A stretch of 64,000 nt of DNA from an uncultured Candidatus Rokubacteria bacterium. GTDB taxonomy: Bacteria; Methylomirabilota; Methylomirabilia; Rokubacteriales; DASRDR01. The translations under genes and the position numbers were made by a program. Below are positions 8,807-18,859 of this stretch, piece by piece. The notes beneath the pieces were generated by a model. The model ran no database searches, was not told the DNA's origin, and saw only the letters and a list, made by a program, of their open reading frames with translations. Positions within the stretch are counted from its first letter, which is position 1, and every line of letters begins with the position of its first letter. The stretch lies in contig CAWGVS010000004.1 in NCBI GenBank assembly GCA_963826115.1, positions 160,001 through 224,000 of the forward strand, written 5' to 3'.

Positions 8807-10042
8807 ATGAGGCGAACGACCATCGTGATCTCCGCGGCCATCGTGGCCATCGGCGTTCTTGCCGGCCTGGTGAACCCCGCGTCCGCGCAGTCCGTCACGG
8901 CCTACGAGGGCGCGCGACTGATCGTGGGCGACGGGCGCGCGATCGAGAACGCGACGCTGGTGGTGGACGGCGCGAGGATCGTTCGGGCCGGCGCGGCCGC
9001 CGATGTGCGGGTGCCGGTCGGCGCCGCGCGCGTGAGCCTCGCCGGCAAGACCATGATGCCGATGCTGATCGACACGCACGTCCACCTGAGCCCGACTCGG
9101 GACGGGATCGTGCGGGACCTGAAGCTGCGCGCCTACTACGGCGTCGGCGCAGCGCTGAGCCTCGGGACTGACGCCTACGAGGTGCTCGAGCTGCGCGGCC
9201 AGGCGATCCCGGGCGCCGCGCGGTACCTGAGCGCCGGGCGAGGGATCACCATGTCCGAGCCGGGGCGCACGACCGTGCCGTACTGGGTGGCGAACGAGGC
9301 GGAGGGCCGGAAGGCGGTGGAAGAGCTCCAGGCCCACACGGTCGACATCGTGAAGATCTGGGTCGACACGCGGGACGGGAAGTACAAGAAGCTGTCCCCG
9401 GCGATCTACGGGGCGATCATCGACGAGGCGCACAAGCGGGGGCTCCGGGCCACCGCGCACATCTGGGAGCTCGAGGACGCGAAGGGGCTGATTCGCGCCG
9501 GGATCGACGCGTTCGCGCACGGGGTCCGGGACCGGGACGTCGACGACGAGCTCATGGCGATGCTCCGGCAGCGTCCGGATCTGGTCGTCACGCCGAATCT
9601 CCCCGACCGCGGCGTGAAGGTGGACCTCGGCTGGCTCAAGACCGGCCTGCCGCCCGAGGAGTTTGCCAAGCTCGAGGCGGCGAACACCGACCAGTGGACG
9701 ATGCAGGCCGTCCACGCGATACAGGCGCGCAACCTCGCGAAGATGAACGCTGCGGGGGTGCGTCTCACGGTCGGGACGGACGGCAACCGGCCGTGGGGGC
9801 CGCACGAGGAGATGCTGGACATGGTGCTCGCCGGCCTGACGCCGATGCAGGTCATCGTGGCGGCGACGCGCAACTCGGCCGAGTTCCTCCGGCTCGCCGA
9901 CACGGGCACGCTCGAGGCCGGCAAGAGCGCCGACTTCCTCGTGCTCGACGCCAACCCCCTCGACGACATCACGAACACGCGCCGCATCGCGGCGGTGATC
10001 CTCCGAGGCGCGCCGCTGGACCGCTCCCAGCCGGTCCGCTGA
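8807..10042 (+). CDS. Exported amidohydrolase-superfamily protein
   Basis: Signal peptide ending ASA-Q, IDTHVH, TAH, GTDG, GKSADFLVLDANPL; AAGGAGG SD. Confidence 0.88.
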   Translation: MRRTTIVISAAIVAIGVLAGLVNPASAQSVTAYEGARLIVGDGRAIENATLVVDGARIVRAGAAADVRVPVGAARVSLAGKTMMPMLIDTHVHLSPTRDGIVRDLKLRAYYGVGAALSLGTDAYEVLELRGQAIPGAARYLSAGRGITMSEPGRTTVPYWVANEAEGRKAVEELQAHTVDIVKIWVDTRDGKYKKLSPAIYGAIIDEAHKRGLRATAHIWELEDAKGLIRAGIDAFAHGVRDRDVDDELMAMLRQRPDLVVTPNLPDRGVKVDLGWLKTGLPPEEFAKLEAANTDQWTMQAVHAIQARNLAKMNAAGVRLTVGTDGNRPWGPHEEMLDMVLAGLTPMQVIVAATRNSAEFLRLADTGTLEAGKSADFLVLDANPLDDITNTRRIAAVILRGAPLDRSQPVR

Positions 10043-10076
10043 GGGCGCGCCGACTGCGGCGGAAAGGCCGGGCGGC

Positions 10077-10457
10077 ATGAGCGGCGAACGTGCCTTCGAC
10101 GCGCTCGAGGCCTACCTGGCCTCGGTTCCGGGAATCTCGCCGCCCTTCGGCCACGGGCAGGAGCCCGCCGGCCGCTGGTGGGTCAAGTTCGCGATCGACA
10201 TCGGGCACCCGCTCGCCTGGCACGTCGTCCAGGAGCTCGGCCACGTCCTGAACTACCTCTCGACCACGGAGCGGCTGCCGACCACGTTCAAGCCGGTGTC
10301 GCCGCCGCCCTATCTCAACGGAGGCCCGCGGGCGTTTCTCTCGTGGGTCATCGAGTGCGCGGACCCGGGGTACGCGCCGGCCACCGTCGCCGAGTGGCTC
10401 GAGGGCCGTCTCCCGCGACCGGTGACCGATCTCGAGCAATGGGCGCGGGACGATTGA
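10077..10457 (+). CDS. Hypothetical protein, conserved-looking
   Basis: Globular composition (WWVKF..HPLAWHVVQELGHVLNY..PVSPPPYLNGGP) and host-like codon usage. Confidence 0.7.
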   Translation: MSGERAFDALEAYLASVPGISPPFGHGQEPAGRWWVKFAIDIGHPLAWHVVQELGHVLNYLSTTERLPTTFKPVSPPPYLNGGPRAFLSWVIECADPGYAPATVAEWLEGRLPRPVTDLEQWARDD

Positions 10458-10523
10458 CGCGCGCGCGGATCATCGGGGCGCCGGTGCCCGCCGCCGCCGA
10501 GGCCGCATGGTAGAGTCGCGGAC

Positions 10524-11465
10524 ATGCGGATCAAGTACCGCATCGGCGTGATGCCGGGGCCGTGGCCTCACGGCCCGGCCGGCCGCGACCTCTTCTGGCA
10601 GTTCGTGGAGCTCTGCGAGAAGAGCGAGCTCGACTCGGTGTGGTTCTCGGAGCGCCTGTCCTCGCCGCTCCCGGTGCCCGAGCCGATGACCGCGATGGCC
10701 GCGGTCGCGGCCCGGACGACGCGGCTCAAGTTCGGCCCGAGCGTGTTCATCACGCCGTTTCGGTCGCCGGTCGTGGCCGCGCGCGAGATCGCGATGATCG
10801 ACTACCTCTCGAACGGCCGCATGCTGCCCGCGTTCGGCATCGGCGTCGATCAGCCGCGGGAGTTCGATGCGGCGGGGGTGCCGTTCCGCGAGCGCGCGCG
10901 GCGCACCGACGAGGCGATCGCGATCATGCGGCGGTGTTGGAGCGAGGACGAGGTCACGTTCGCCGGCGAGTTCTGGCGCCTGGACCGCATCAGCGTCCTG
11001 CCGAAACCCGTCCAGCAGCCGATGCCGCTCTGGATCGGCGGCAACAGCGAGGCCGCGATGCGGCGGGCCGGGCGGCTCGGCGACGGCTGGATCCCGTCCT
11101 TCATCACGCCGGAGCAGCTCGCCGTCGGCGTGGAGAAGGCCCAGGCCTTCGCGGCCGAGGCGGGACGCGAGATCGCCGTCGATCACTTCGGCGCGCTCTT
11201 CTACTACTGCCTCGATCCCGACGCGGGGGCCGCCCGCCGGCTGGCGGAGCCCTTCATCCCGAAGGGGCGCGTGGACGACGCGACGCTCGCGCGCTGCACG
11301 GCGTTCGGGCCGCCCGCGCGAGTCCGGGAGCACCTCGAGGCGTACGTCGCCGGGGGCGCCTCGAAGTTCATCCTGCGGCCGATGTGCCCGCCCGAGCGCA
11401 TGCTCGACCAGCTCGCCGAGCTTGCCGCCGAGGTCGTGCCGGCCTTCCACCGGCGCGCCAGCTGA
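10524..11465 (+). CDS. Luciferase-like (LLM) flavin-dependent oxidoreductase
   Basis: DSVWFSE, AVAARTTRLKFG, DYLSNGR, PKPVQQPMPLWIGG..AAMRRAGRLGDGW. Confidence 0.92.
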   Translation: MRIKYRIGVMPGPWPHGPAGRDLFWQFVELCEKSELDSVWFSERLSSPLPVPEPMTAMAAVAARTTRLKFGPSVFITPFRSPVVAAREIAMIDYLSNGRMLPAFGIGVDQPREFDAAGVPFRERARRTDEAIAIMRRCWSEDEVTFAGEFWRLDRISVLPKPVQQPMPLWIGGNSEAAMRRAGRLGDGWIPSFITPEQLAVGVEKAQAFAAEAGREIAVDHFGALFYYCLDPDAGAARRLAEPFIPKGRVDDATLARCTAFGPPARVREHLEAYVAGGASKFILRPMCPPERMLDQLAELAAEVVPAFHRRAS

Positions 11466-11484
11466 CGGCCGGGCTCGCCGCGCC

Positions 11485-11790
11485 GTGCCCGTGCTCCGAC
11501 ACTTCGCCGTCCGGCGCGTCCGGGGGCCCGCGTGGGATCGCGCTCGGCCCATGCGGGAGCAGGCCCTCTGGCCGGAGCACGCCCGCTTCATGAACGCCCT
11601 GGCGGCCGAGGGCTTCGTCGTCCTCGGAGGTCCGCTCGGCGACGGTGAGGATGTCCTGCTGGTGATCCACGCCGACAGCGAGGCGAGCCTCCGCGCTCGG
11701 CTGGCCGCCGACCCGTGGACCGAGGCCGGCCTCCTCCAGGTGGCGCGCGTGGAGCCCTGGACGATCCTGCTCGACGGGCGGACCTCGTGA
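11485..11790 (+). CDS. YciI-family protein
   Basis: EHARFM...GFVVLGGPL...DPW; start uncertain (11485 or 11491). Confidence 0.75.
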   Translation: MPVLRHFAVRRVRGPAWDRARPMREQALWPEHARFMNALAAEGFVVLGGPLGDGEDVLLVIHADSEASLRARLAADPWTEAGLLQVARVEPWTILLDGRTS

Positions 11791-11863
11791 CGCGGGGACG
11801 GGGGCGGCGCCCGTCGCCCGACCGTCGTCCGCGTGTCCTGCGCGGGTGTGTATACTCGAGCCC

Positions 11864-12274
11864 ATGAACTCCTACTGGAACCACACGCAGTTCAACATCG
11901 AGCCGGCGAACCGCGACTTCTACCGCGAGCTGTTCTCGCTCCTCGGGTGGGCGGTCTGGCACGAGGACGCGAACATGCTCGGGCTGGGCGTCGAGGGCAA
12001 GGGCTCGTTCTGGTTCGCATCCGCGCCCGGCAAGCAGAAGACCGACTACGACCAGCTGGGGGTGAACCACGTCGGCGTCCGCGTGGACGAGCAGCGGGAC
12101 GTCGACACGGTCGCGGGGTTCCTGACGCGGAAGCACGTCGCGCCGCTCTTCGAGACGCCGCGCCACCGTCCGGAGTTCTCCGAGGGCGAGGGGCAGACCT
12201 ACTACCAGGTGATGTTCCGGTCGCCCGACAACGTCCTGCTCGAGGTGGTCTACATCGGTCCCAAGTCGGCGTAG
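11864..12274 (+). CDS. VOC/glyoxalase-family protein
   Basis: NH..., FYRELF..LGW, GVNHVG, YYQVMFRSPDNVLLEV. Confidence 0.85.
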   Translation: MNSYWNHTQFNIEPANRDFYRELFSLLGWAVWHEDANMLGLGVEGKGSFWFASAPGKQKTDYDQLGVNHVGVRVDEQRDVDTVAGFLTRKHVAPLFETPRHRPEFSEGEGQTYYQVMFRSPDNVLLEVVYIGPKSA

Positions 12275-12478
12275 CGGCGGGAGCGCCGGCGAGGCGCTCC
12301 GGCCCGCCCGACTCTGTCCCACCGCGCGCCCTACGGGACTCCGCATCGCGGCCGTGCCGCGTCTGAGCCCGCGCCCGTCGCGGGCGAGCCCCGTCCCCGG
12401 AGTCCCGGCGTCCCATCGGGAGTACAGTTTTCCTGAGAGGCCGCGCTCGCCACGGCGGCCCGTTTCCCGGGAGGCGCC

Positions 12479-13666
12479 ATGAAGGCCACGTATCGCTATC
12501 TCATCGTCGGCGGCGGCATGACCGCCGACGCGGCCGCCCACGGCATCCGCAAGCGCGACTCGACCGGGAGCATCGGCCTGATCGGCGCCGAGCCCCACGC
12601 GCCGTACAACCGGCCGCCCCTCAGCAAGGGCCTGTGGAAGGGCGAGGCCGAGGACAGCGTCTGGCGCAAGAACGCCGAGACCGGCGCCCAGCTCCACCTC
12701 GGGCACCGGGCGGTCGGGCTCGACGCGCGCGAGCGCCGGGTGTCGGACGCCCAGGGCGTCGTCTACGAGTACGAGAAGCTGCTCCTGGCCACCGGGGGCG
12801 CCCCGCGGAAGCTCGCCGGCGCGCCGGACGGCATCATCTACTTCCGGACCCTCGACGACTACCGGGCGGCGCGTCTCCTCGCGGACCGGAAGGCGCGGTT
12901 CGTCGTGGTGGGCGGCGGCTTCATCGGCTCGGAGGTGGCGGCGGCGCTCCGGATGCAGGGGTGCGAGGTGAGCATGATCGCGCCCCAGGCCGGGCTGGGC
13001 GGCCGCGTCTTCCCTGCCGACCTGTCGCGCTACCTGGTGGGCTTCTACCGGCAGCAGGGCGTGACGATGCTGATGAACGAGGCGGTCGAGCGGGTCGAGG
13101 TCGCGGCCGGCGGCTACCGGGTGCACACGAAGGGCGCGGGCGTGATCGCGGCCGACGCGGTCGTTGCGGGGCTCGGTATCGAGCCCGACGTGGACCTGGC
13201 ACGCCAGGCCGGGCTCACGATCCAGAACGGGATCGTCGTCGACGCCGAGCTCCGGACGAGCCAGCCTGACGTCTACGCGGCGGGCGACGTCGCCAGTTTC
13301 CCGAGCCCCGCGCTCGGCACGCGCGTGCGCGTGGAACACGAGGACAACGCCAACACGATGGGCGACATCGCGGGCCAGAACATGGCCGGTGCCGGGCTCT
13401 CGTACGAGCACCTCCCGTTCTTTTACTCCGACCTGTTCACGCTGGGCTACGAGGCGGTGGGCGAGGTGGACACGCGGCACGAGACCGTCGCCGACTGGAA
13501 GGAGCCGATGAAAGAGGGCGTCGTTTACTACCTTCAGGCCAGCCGCGTCCGCGGCGTGCTGCTCTGGAACACCTGGGAACAAGTGGACGCGGCGCGCGCC
13601 CTCATCGCCGCCCCCGGCCCGTTCCGCGCCGCCGACCTCAAGGGGCGTCTCCCGGCCGCCCGCTAG
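12479..13666 (+). CDS. FAD/NAD(P)-dependent oxidoreductase (ferredoxin reductase/AIF-like)
   Basis: IVGGG, PYNRPPLSK, LLATG, VGGGFIGSE, YAAGD, RVEHEDNA, PFFYSD. Confidence 0.92.
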   Translation: MKATYRYLIVGGGMTADAAAHGIRKRDSTGSIGLIGAEPHAPYNRPPLSKGLWKGEAEDSVWRKNAETGAQLHLGHRAVGLDARERRVSDAQGVVYEYEKLLLATGGAPRKLAGAPDGIIYFRTLDDYRAARLLADRKARFVVVGGGFIGSEVAAALRMQGCEVSMIAPQAGLGGRVFPADLSRYLVGFYRQQGVTMLMNEAVERVEVAAGGYRVHTKGAGVIAADAVVAGLGIEPDVDLARQAGLTIQNGIVVDAELRTSQPDVYAAGDVASFPSPALGTRVRVEHEDNANTMGDIAGQNMAGAGLSYEHLPFFYSDLFTLGYEAVGEVDTRHETVADWKEPMKEGVVYYLQASRVRGVLLWNTWEQVDAARALIAAPGPFRAADLKGRLPAAR

Positions 13667-13686
13667 GCTCGACGGGGCGGCGAGGC

Positions 13687-16600
13687 ATGCGCGAGCAGCG
13701 GCTGGAGCGGCGGGTTGTCACCGCGCTCTTCGTCGACGTCGTGGGGTCCGCGACGCTGACCCAGACGCTCGGGGCCGAGCGCGTCAAGCGGGCCCTCGAC
13801 CGCGCCTTCGTCGAGCTCGCCGCGCGCATCGCCGCCGAGGGCGGCACCATCGAGAAGTACATCGGCGACGCGATCCACGCCCTGTTCGGCGTGCCGGCCA
13901 CGCATCCGGACGACCATCTGCGCGCCCTCCGCGCGGCGGATGCCTGCGTGGAGTGGGCGCGGGTCGCGGGGGCCCGCGCGTCCGTGGCCCTCGAGGTGCG
14001 CGCGGGTGTCGAGACCGGCGAGGCCATCATCAACGTGGCGGCGACCGAGACGGAGCGCCAGCAGATGAGCGTCGGCGCCTGCGTGAACGCCGCCGCGCGG
14101 CTCCAGCAGGTCGCGGAGCCCGGGCAGGTCGTCGTGGGTCCCGCGTGTCGGGAGGCGAGCGCGGACGCGGCCGACTTCGAGCCGCTGGGCGAGGTCGAGC
14201 TCAAGGGCCTCGGCGCGCTCGCCGCGTGGCGGCTCCGGGCCCTCCACCGGCCGCGCGCCGCGGGCCGCGTGCCCTTCGTGGGCCGGGAGTCGGAGCTGGC
14301 GCTCCTCCGCCTCGCATACGCGCGGGCGCGCTCCGGGCACGGCGTACTGGCTCTCGTGTCCGGCCCGCCCGGCCAGGGGAAGTCGCGCCTGGTCGAGGAG
14401 TTCGTCGCCGGACTCGGCCCGGAGCACCGTCTGGCGACGGCCCGGTGTCGCCCGGCCGGCGAGCCCGGTGCGGGCAGCCCGCTCCGGCAACTCCTCGCGA
14501 CCGGTGATGCGCCGCTGTCGTTCGACGACGTGGCCGCGAGTCTGGCGGAGCTCCTTCCCGACGCGACGGAGCGCCACCGGGTGGCGACGGCGCTTGCTCA
14601 CAGCGCCGGTCTCACGGTCAGCCGCGAGCTGGCGGGCCTGCCGGCGGGGCAGCGCCAGGACGAGCTCGTCAACGGCTGGCGCCGCTATCTCGGTGTGGTG
14701 ACGCGCGAGGGGCCCCTCGTCCTGTGGCTCGATGACCTCCACTGGGCGGACGGCGAGGTCGTCCAGCTCATCGATCGCCTCACGCTCGGCGTGGAAATGC
14801 CGCTGCTCGTGATCGCGACCGCGCGTCCCGAGCTGGCCGCGCAGGGAGGCGTGCGTCCCGGTGGGGACCGCTTCTTCCTGACGCTCGATGCGCTCGACGC
14901 CGACGCCGCGCGGACGCTCGCGAGCCAGGCAGGGGGCGGCCACGCCGCGGGCGTCGAGCGGGCGGAGGGCAATCCGCTCTTCGTCATCGAGCTCGCGCGG
15001 GCGCGCTCGCTCGGCGTCGCGCGCGACGTGCCGCTCACGCTCCACGGGGTGATCGGCGCGCGTCTGGAGGAGCTGCCGCTGCCCGACCGGGAGCTGCTCC
15101 AGTGCGCTGCGGTGGTCGGCGAGACGTTCACGCCGCAGGACGTGGGTCTGCTGTCCGGCCGCGACCCGGCTGAGGTCGCCGGCGCGCTCGAGCGCTTGGC
15201 CGGGCTCCTCTATCTCCAGCCCACGGCGGCGGGGTACCGGTTCCACCACGCGCTCGTCCGGGACGTCGCCTACGCGCGGCTGACCACATCGGATCGGATG
15301 CATCTACACGCTCGCTACGGGCGCGAGGGCGTGCGGGCGGAGGACGCCGAGGTCCTCGCGCACCATCTCTGGGAGGCGGCCGGCCCGCCGGACGCCGACT
15401 GGGTATGGGAAGGGGCCGGGGAGCTCGAGGCCATTCGGCGCGCCGCGATCGAAGCGCACCTCGCGGCCGGCCGCCGGTACGTCGATCGCGCGGTGTACAC
15501 GCGCGCGGTCGACACTTGCCGGCGCGCGCTCCGGTTCGCTGGCGGCCCCGGAGAGACGGCGCGCGTCGAACACGCGATCGCCGACGCATACGCGGGCGGG
15601 GGCAACGCCGACGACGCGTGGGCTCACTACCTGCGCGCACGCGCGGTGCACCAAGAGGCCGGGACGCATCCGCCACCGGCCCTCTATCCCGACGCGCTCG
15701 AGTTGCCGGTGTACACGTCCGGCATGTTCCGCCGGCGGCCGACGGCCGGCGAGATCGAGTTCCTGCTCCGGGAAGGGGAGACCGCCGCGCGCCGGGCCGG
15801 TGACGACGCATCCCTGGCCCGTCTGCTGGCGCTCGACGCCTACCGGTCCCACGATCCGGTGCGGCTCGTCGAGGCCCTGCGCCTCTCCGAACGGCTTCAG
15901 GACCCCGCGCCCCTCGCCTCCTTCCTGTCGCATGCCGCGATCCTGCAGACTCGCGTCGGCGATTTCGCGATGGCCGAGCGTCTCTACCAGCGGCTCGATG
16001 CCCTGGGCCAGACGAGCGTGCCGGCGGACGTCCAGCTGGAGTTCCGCGCGATCCTCGCGCTCAGCACGGGTCGGCTCGCGGACGCCGAGCGTCTGGCGGC
16101 GCGGCTCCTCGAAGCGAGCGCCTCGCGCGGGCCGCACCTCCGGACGCACGGCTTTCGGGAGCAGTGTCACGTGCTGCTGGCCCGCGGTGATTGGCGCGGC
16201 CTGCGCGAGGTCGCCGCCGGGACGGAGCAGCTGGTGGCGACGAGCGCGAGCACGTCGTTCTGTTACGCCGTCACCACCACCCGGGCCTTCGCCGCGGTCG
16301 CGCACGCCATCGAGGGCCATCCCTCGGACGCCCGCGCGCTGCTGACGCGCGCGGAGGAGCCGCTCCAGGCGGAGCCGTTCGAACGGGAGAGCGCGCTGCT
16401 GCTGGCGTACGGCGCGGTGGGCGCGCGCGCGGACGTGGCCGGGCTCCGCCGTCAGGTCCGCGCGCAGCCCACGCCCCCTTTCTGGTTCTTCCACCGGATG
16501 GAAGCCGTGGCGCTGACGATGCTGGAGGACTGGTCGGAGCTGGCGACGGTGCTCCCCCCGCTCGAGCGCGTCGCCGTCCGTGGCAGCCCGTATCTTGAGA

Positions 16601-16731
16601 CCCTGGTGGCCGCCATCCGCGAGACGCTCGCTGCCGCGCAGGGCGGTCCCGCTCCGTCGCACGCGCGGCTCCGGGAGCTCGGCTACCTTGGGTGGAGCCA
16701 GCTCCTGGCCCACCGCCCGCCGGCCGTGTGA
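13687..16731 (+). CDS. Class III adenylate/guanylate cyclase fused to STAND (AAA_16-like) ATPase and TPR-like region
   Basis: LFVDVVGS, EKYIGD, VNAAARLQ; FVGRESEL, Walker A GPPGQGKS, Walker B WLDDLHWAD, AEGNPLF, FHHALVRDVAY. Confidence 0.9.
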   Translation: MREQRLERRVVTALFVDVVGSATLTQTLGAERVKRALDRAFVELAARIAAEGGTIEKYIGDAIHALFGVPATHPDDHLRALRAADACVEWARVAGARASVALEVRAGVETGEAIINVAATETERQQMSVGACVNAAARLQQVAEPGQVVVGPACREASADAADFEPLGEVELKGLGALAAWRLRALHRPRAAGRVPFVGRESELALLRLAYARARSGHGVLALVSGPPGQGKSRLVEEFVAGLGPEHRLATARCRPAGEPGAGSPLRQLLATGDAPLSFDDVAASLAELLPDATERHRVATALAHSAGLTVSRELAGLPAGQRQDELVNGWRRYLGVVTREGPLVLWLDDLHWADGEVVQLIDRLTLGVEMPLLVIATARPELAAQGGVRPGGDRFFLTLDALDADAARTLASQAGGGHAAGVERAEGNPLFVIELARARSLGVARDVPLTLHGVIGARLEELPLPDRELLQCAAVVGETFTPQDVGLLSGRDPAEVAGALERLAGLLYLQPTAAGYRFHHALVRDVAYARLTTSDRMHLHARYGREGVRAEDAEVLAHHLWEAAGPPDADWVWEGAGELEAIRRAAIEAHLAAGRRYVDRAVYTRAVDTCRRALRFAGGPGETARVEHAIADAYAGGGNADDAWAHYLRARAVHQEAGTHPPPALYPDALELPVYTSGMFRRRPTAGEIEFLLREGETAARRAGDDASLARLLALDAYRSHDPVRLVEALRLSERLQDPAPLASFLSHAAILQTRVGDFAMAERLYQRLDALGQTSVPADVQLEFRAILALSTGRLADAERLAARLLEASASRGPHLRTHGFREQCHVLLARGDWRGLREVAAGTEQLVATSASTSFCYAVTTTRAFAAVAHAIEGHPSDARALLTRAEEPLQAEPFERESALLLAYGAVGARADVAGLRRQVRAQPTPPFWFFHRMEAVALTMLEDWSELATVLPPLERVAVRGSPYLETLVAAIRETLAAAQGGPAPSHARLRELGYLGWSQLLAHRPPAV

Positions 16732-16740
16732 CGGCGCGGC

Positions 16741-18024
16741 TCAGCGGGCCGGCGCGACCGGCGCCATGATTCGGCGGAGGTCCTCCTGGTTCCGGTCGAC
16801 CCAGAGGTTCCCGACATGCCCCCCGAGGGGGTAGAGGTACAGACGGTCGCCCAGCCAGCTGCGCAGGGCGTCGAGGTCCTCGGGCCTCGCGAGGAAGTCG
16901 TCGGCGTTCTCGACGACGAAGACGCGTGGATTCCGACCGAGCTCCGGGCCCACCGCGCCCAGGCTCGCCTGTGCCAGCAGCTGTTCGTCCGGCGGGGCGT
17001 CGGCGACGGCGCGCGAGCGTCGGAGCGCGGGAAACACGAACTGCGACAGGTAGTCCGCGAAGGAGTAGCGTCCCGCCACGTTGACCTGCAGCGGCCACGT
17101 GCCCGTCACCGGCGCGGCGCCGGGCGTCCGGCCCGCGCTGATCTGACGGCTGGCGAGGATGGTGCCCTGCACGGCGATCCGGAACGACTGGCCGATGAGC
17201 CAACGCATCTCGCGGTCCGTGAAGGTCCACTGCTCGGCGGCCCAGGCGGTGAGCTCGTGAGTGAACGGGCGATTCTTGAGCTTGATGACCGTGTCGACCA
17301 TCGTCTGGGAGAGCTGGTTTCTTCGCGGGTCCGGGATGGACGCCCCCGCCGCATAGAAGCCGTCGACGACATCGACCCCGTGCCGGACGTCGATCGCGGG
17401 GTTGATGAGGACCACCCGCGCGAACGCGAACGCGCGCTGCTCGGCGTCCTCGCGGGTCAGGAACGCGGTGAGGAGGCCCCCGAACGAGTACCCCACCACC
17501 GAGTAGCCGGTGATTGCGAGGTGGTGCTCCGTGCCGAGGTGCCCAACGACCCGCTTCAGGAACTCGTAGTACTCCCGCGCGTCAACCGGGAGATAGCCGG
17601 GGAGCGTCGACTCGCTCACGCCCAGCGCGTACTGCCAGGACATCGGGTCCGGCAGGGTGACCGCATGGAAGCCCATCGCGTGGAGCTGCTCCCCGAGCAT
17701 GAGCGCCGGCTCGCTGAAGGCGTGGCCGCCCACGCCGGGGATCACGAAGACGAGCGGCGCTGGGGTCCGCTGCGCGAACACCGCGAGGATGATCCGGTGC
17801 TTCATCTCGAAGCGTGGCACCCTCCGGCGGTCGGCGCGGACCTCGAGGGCGCTGGTCGCGTAGTCAGTGCGCCGGAGGGAGTAGCCCGCCGGTAGGAGGC
17901 TTGCCTTCAGCGGGTCGGCGATCGGGAAGCGGTACTCGTCGGCCGCGGGCGCCACGGCGGCGCCCGGCCCGAGGGCCAAGGCCCCGACGAGCGCCGCAAT
18001 TCGACGGCGAGCGGTTTTCGTCAT
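16741..18024 (-). CDS. Exported alpha/beta-hydrolase-fold protein
   Basis: Signal peptide, IPGVGG oxyanion region, GYSFGG nucleophile elbow, NADD, GGHVGN. Confidence 0.8.
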   Translation of the reverse strand: MTKTARRRIAALVGALALGPGAAVAPAADEYRFPIADPLKASLLPAGYSLRRTDYATSALEVRADRRRVPRFEMKHRIILAVFAQRTPAPLVFVIPGVGGHAFSEPALMLGEQLHAMGFHAVTLPDPMSWQYALGVSESTLPGYLPVDAREYYEFLKRVVGHLGTEHHLAITGYSVVGYSFGGLLTAFLTREDAEQRAFAFARVVLINPAIDVRHGVDVVDGFYAAGASIPDPRRNQLSQTMVDTVIKLKNRPFTHELTAWAAEQWTFTDREMRWLIGQSFRIAVQGTILASRQISAGRTPGAAPVTGTWPLQVNVAGRYSFADYLSQFVFPALRRSRAVADAPPDEQLLAQASLGAVGPELGRNPRVFVVENADDFLARPEDLDALRSWLGDRLYLYPLGGHVGNLWVDRNQEDLRRIMAPVAPAR

Positions 18025-18252
18025 CCTGTCTCCGGGCCGGACAGCCCGACGGTACCTCGCCGCGGGGGCGGGCACCAGCGGGCCTCCGCGACGCGCCGCG
18101 ATCGTCCGGGACCGGACGTCGGGGGGCCCTCCCGACACGCGCTTGACCGCCCCGCTCGGATGGTGACGTAACCGCGGTCCGGATCGTGGGAGACCTAAGT
18201 CACGGTGCTGGTCGTCCCACGGTCGCACCCTGCAACTGGAGGGTCAGAGGTC

Positions 18253-18492
18253 ATGAGGAACATCGAAGAAACCCTGATCGTGACGATCGGGCTCGTCATG
18301 GGCACCGCGGTCGGCGTGCTCACCGCGGCGCTAGGTCTCACGCTCGCGGGCCTGCCGTGGGAGCTCCACTTCTCGGTACATCACGTCGCCGCGGTGGCGG
18401 TCGTCCTCACCGGAATCACGGTCGTGGCGCAGGGCGTCGTCATCGTGGTCGACCTGCTCGTGGGCAACTCGCTCCGGCGGGGGCATCTCTGA
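18253..18492 (+). CDS. Small two-TM membrane protein
   Basis: GAGG SD before ATG; two hydrophobic stretches. Confidence 0.55.
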   Translation: MRNIEETLIVTIGLVMGTAVGVLTAALGLTLAGLPWELHFSVHHVAAVAVVLTGITVVAQGVVIVVDLLVGNSLRRGHL

Positions 18493-18601
18493 GCTCGCCC
18501 TCCGCAGCGTGCTCGGCAATGCGACGGCGAATCGCGCGGGTCCGGTCTGACCGGAATTCGCTCGACGGCGCGCGAGGAGGCGTCGCGGTCCAGGAGGGAA
18601 C

Positions 18602-18802
18602 GTGATGGGTCCCCAGAGAGTGCTTTCGTGGTTGACGGTCCTGATCGGCTTGGTCCTGATAGTCACGCCGTGGCTGCTGAGCTTCGCCACCGATCGGGTC
18701 GCCCGGCTGGACGTCGTGATCGGCGGCGCGCTCGTCGCGCTCGTGGGGATCGCGCTGGTCTACGCGGCGCAACCGGAGCCCACCCGGCGCCTCTCGCACT
18801 GA
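18602..18802 (+). CDS. SPW-repeat small membrane protein
   Basis: WLTVLIGLVLIVTPWLLSF...VVIGG pattern; AGGAGG SD. Confidence 0.75.
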   Translation: MMGPQRVLSWLTVLIGLVLIVTPWLLSFATDRVARLDVVIGGALVALVGIALVYAAQPEPTRRLSH

Positions 18803-18859
18803 CGACGGCCCGGTGCGAGCCGTCCTTCCCGGCGGGGACGGCACGGGCTGGCCGAGGTG

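Noticed and set aside
10039-10080. CTGA...ATGA spacer in relay phase with a GAAA hairpin-like core
   Set aside because: Lacks the 21-bp unit, CTG is a poor start, and the phase match has a 1-in-3 chance.
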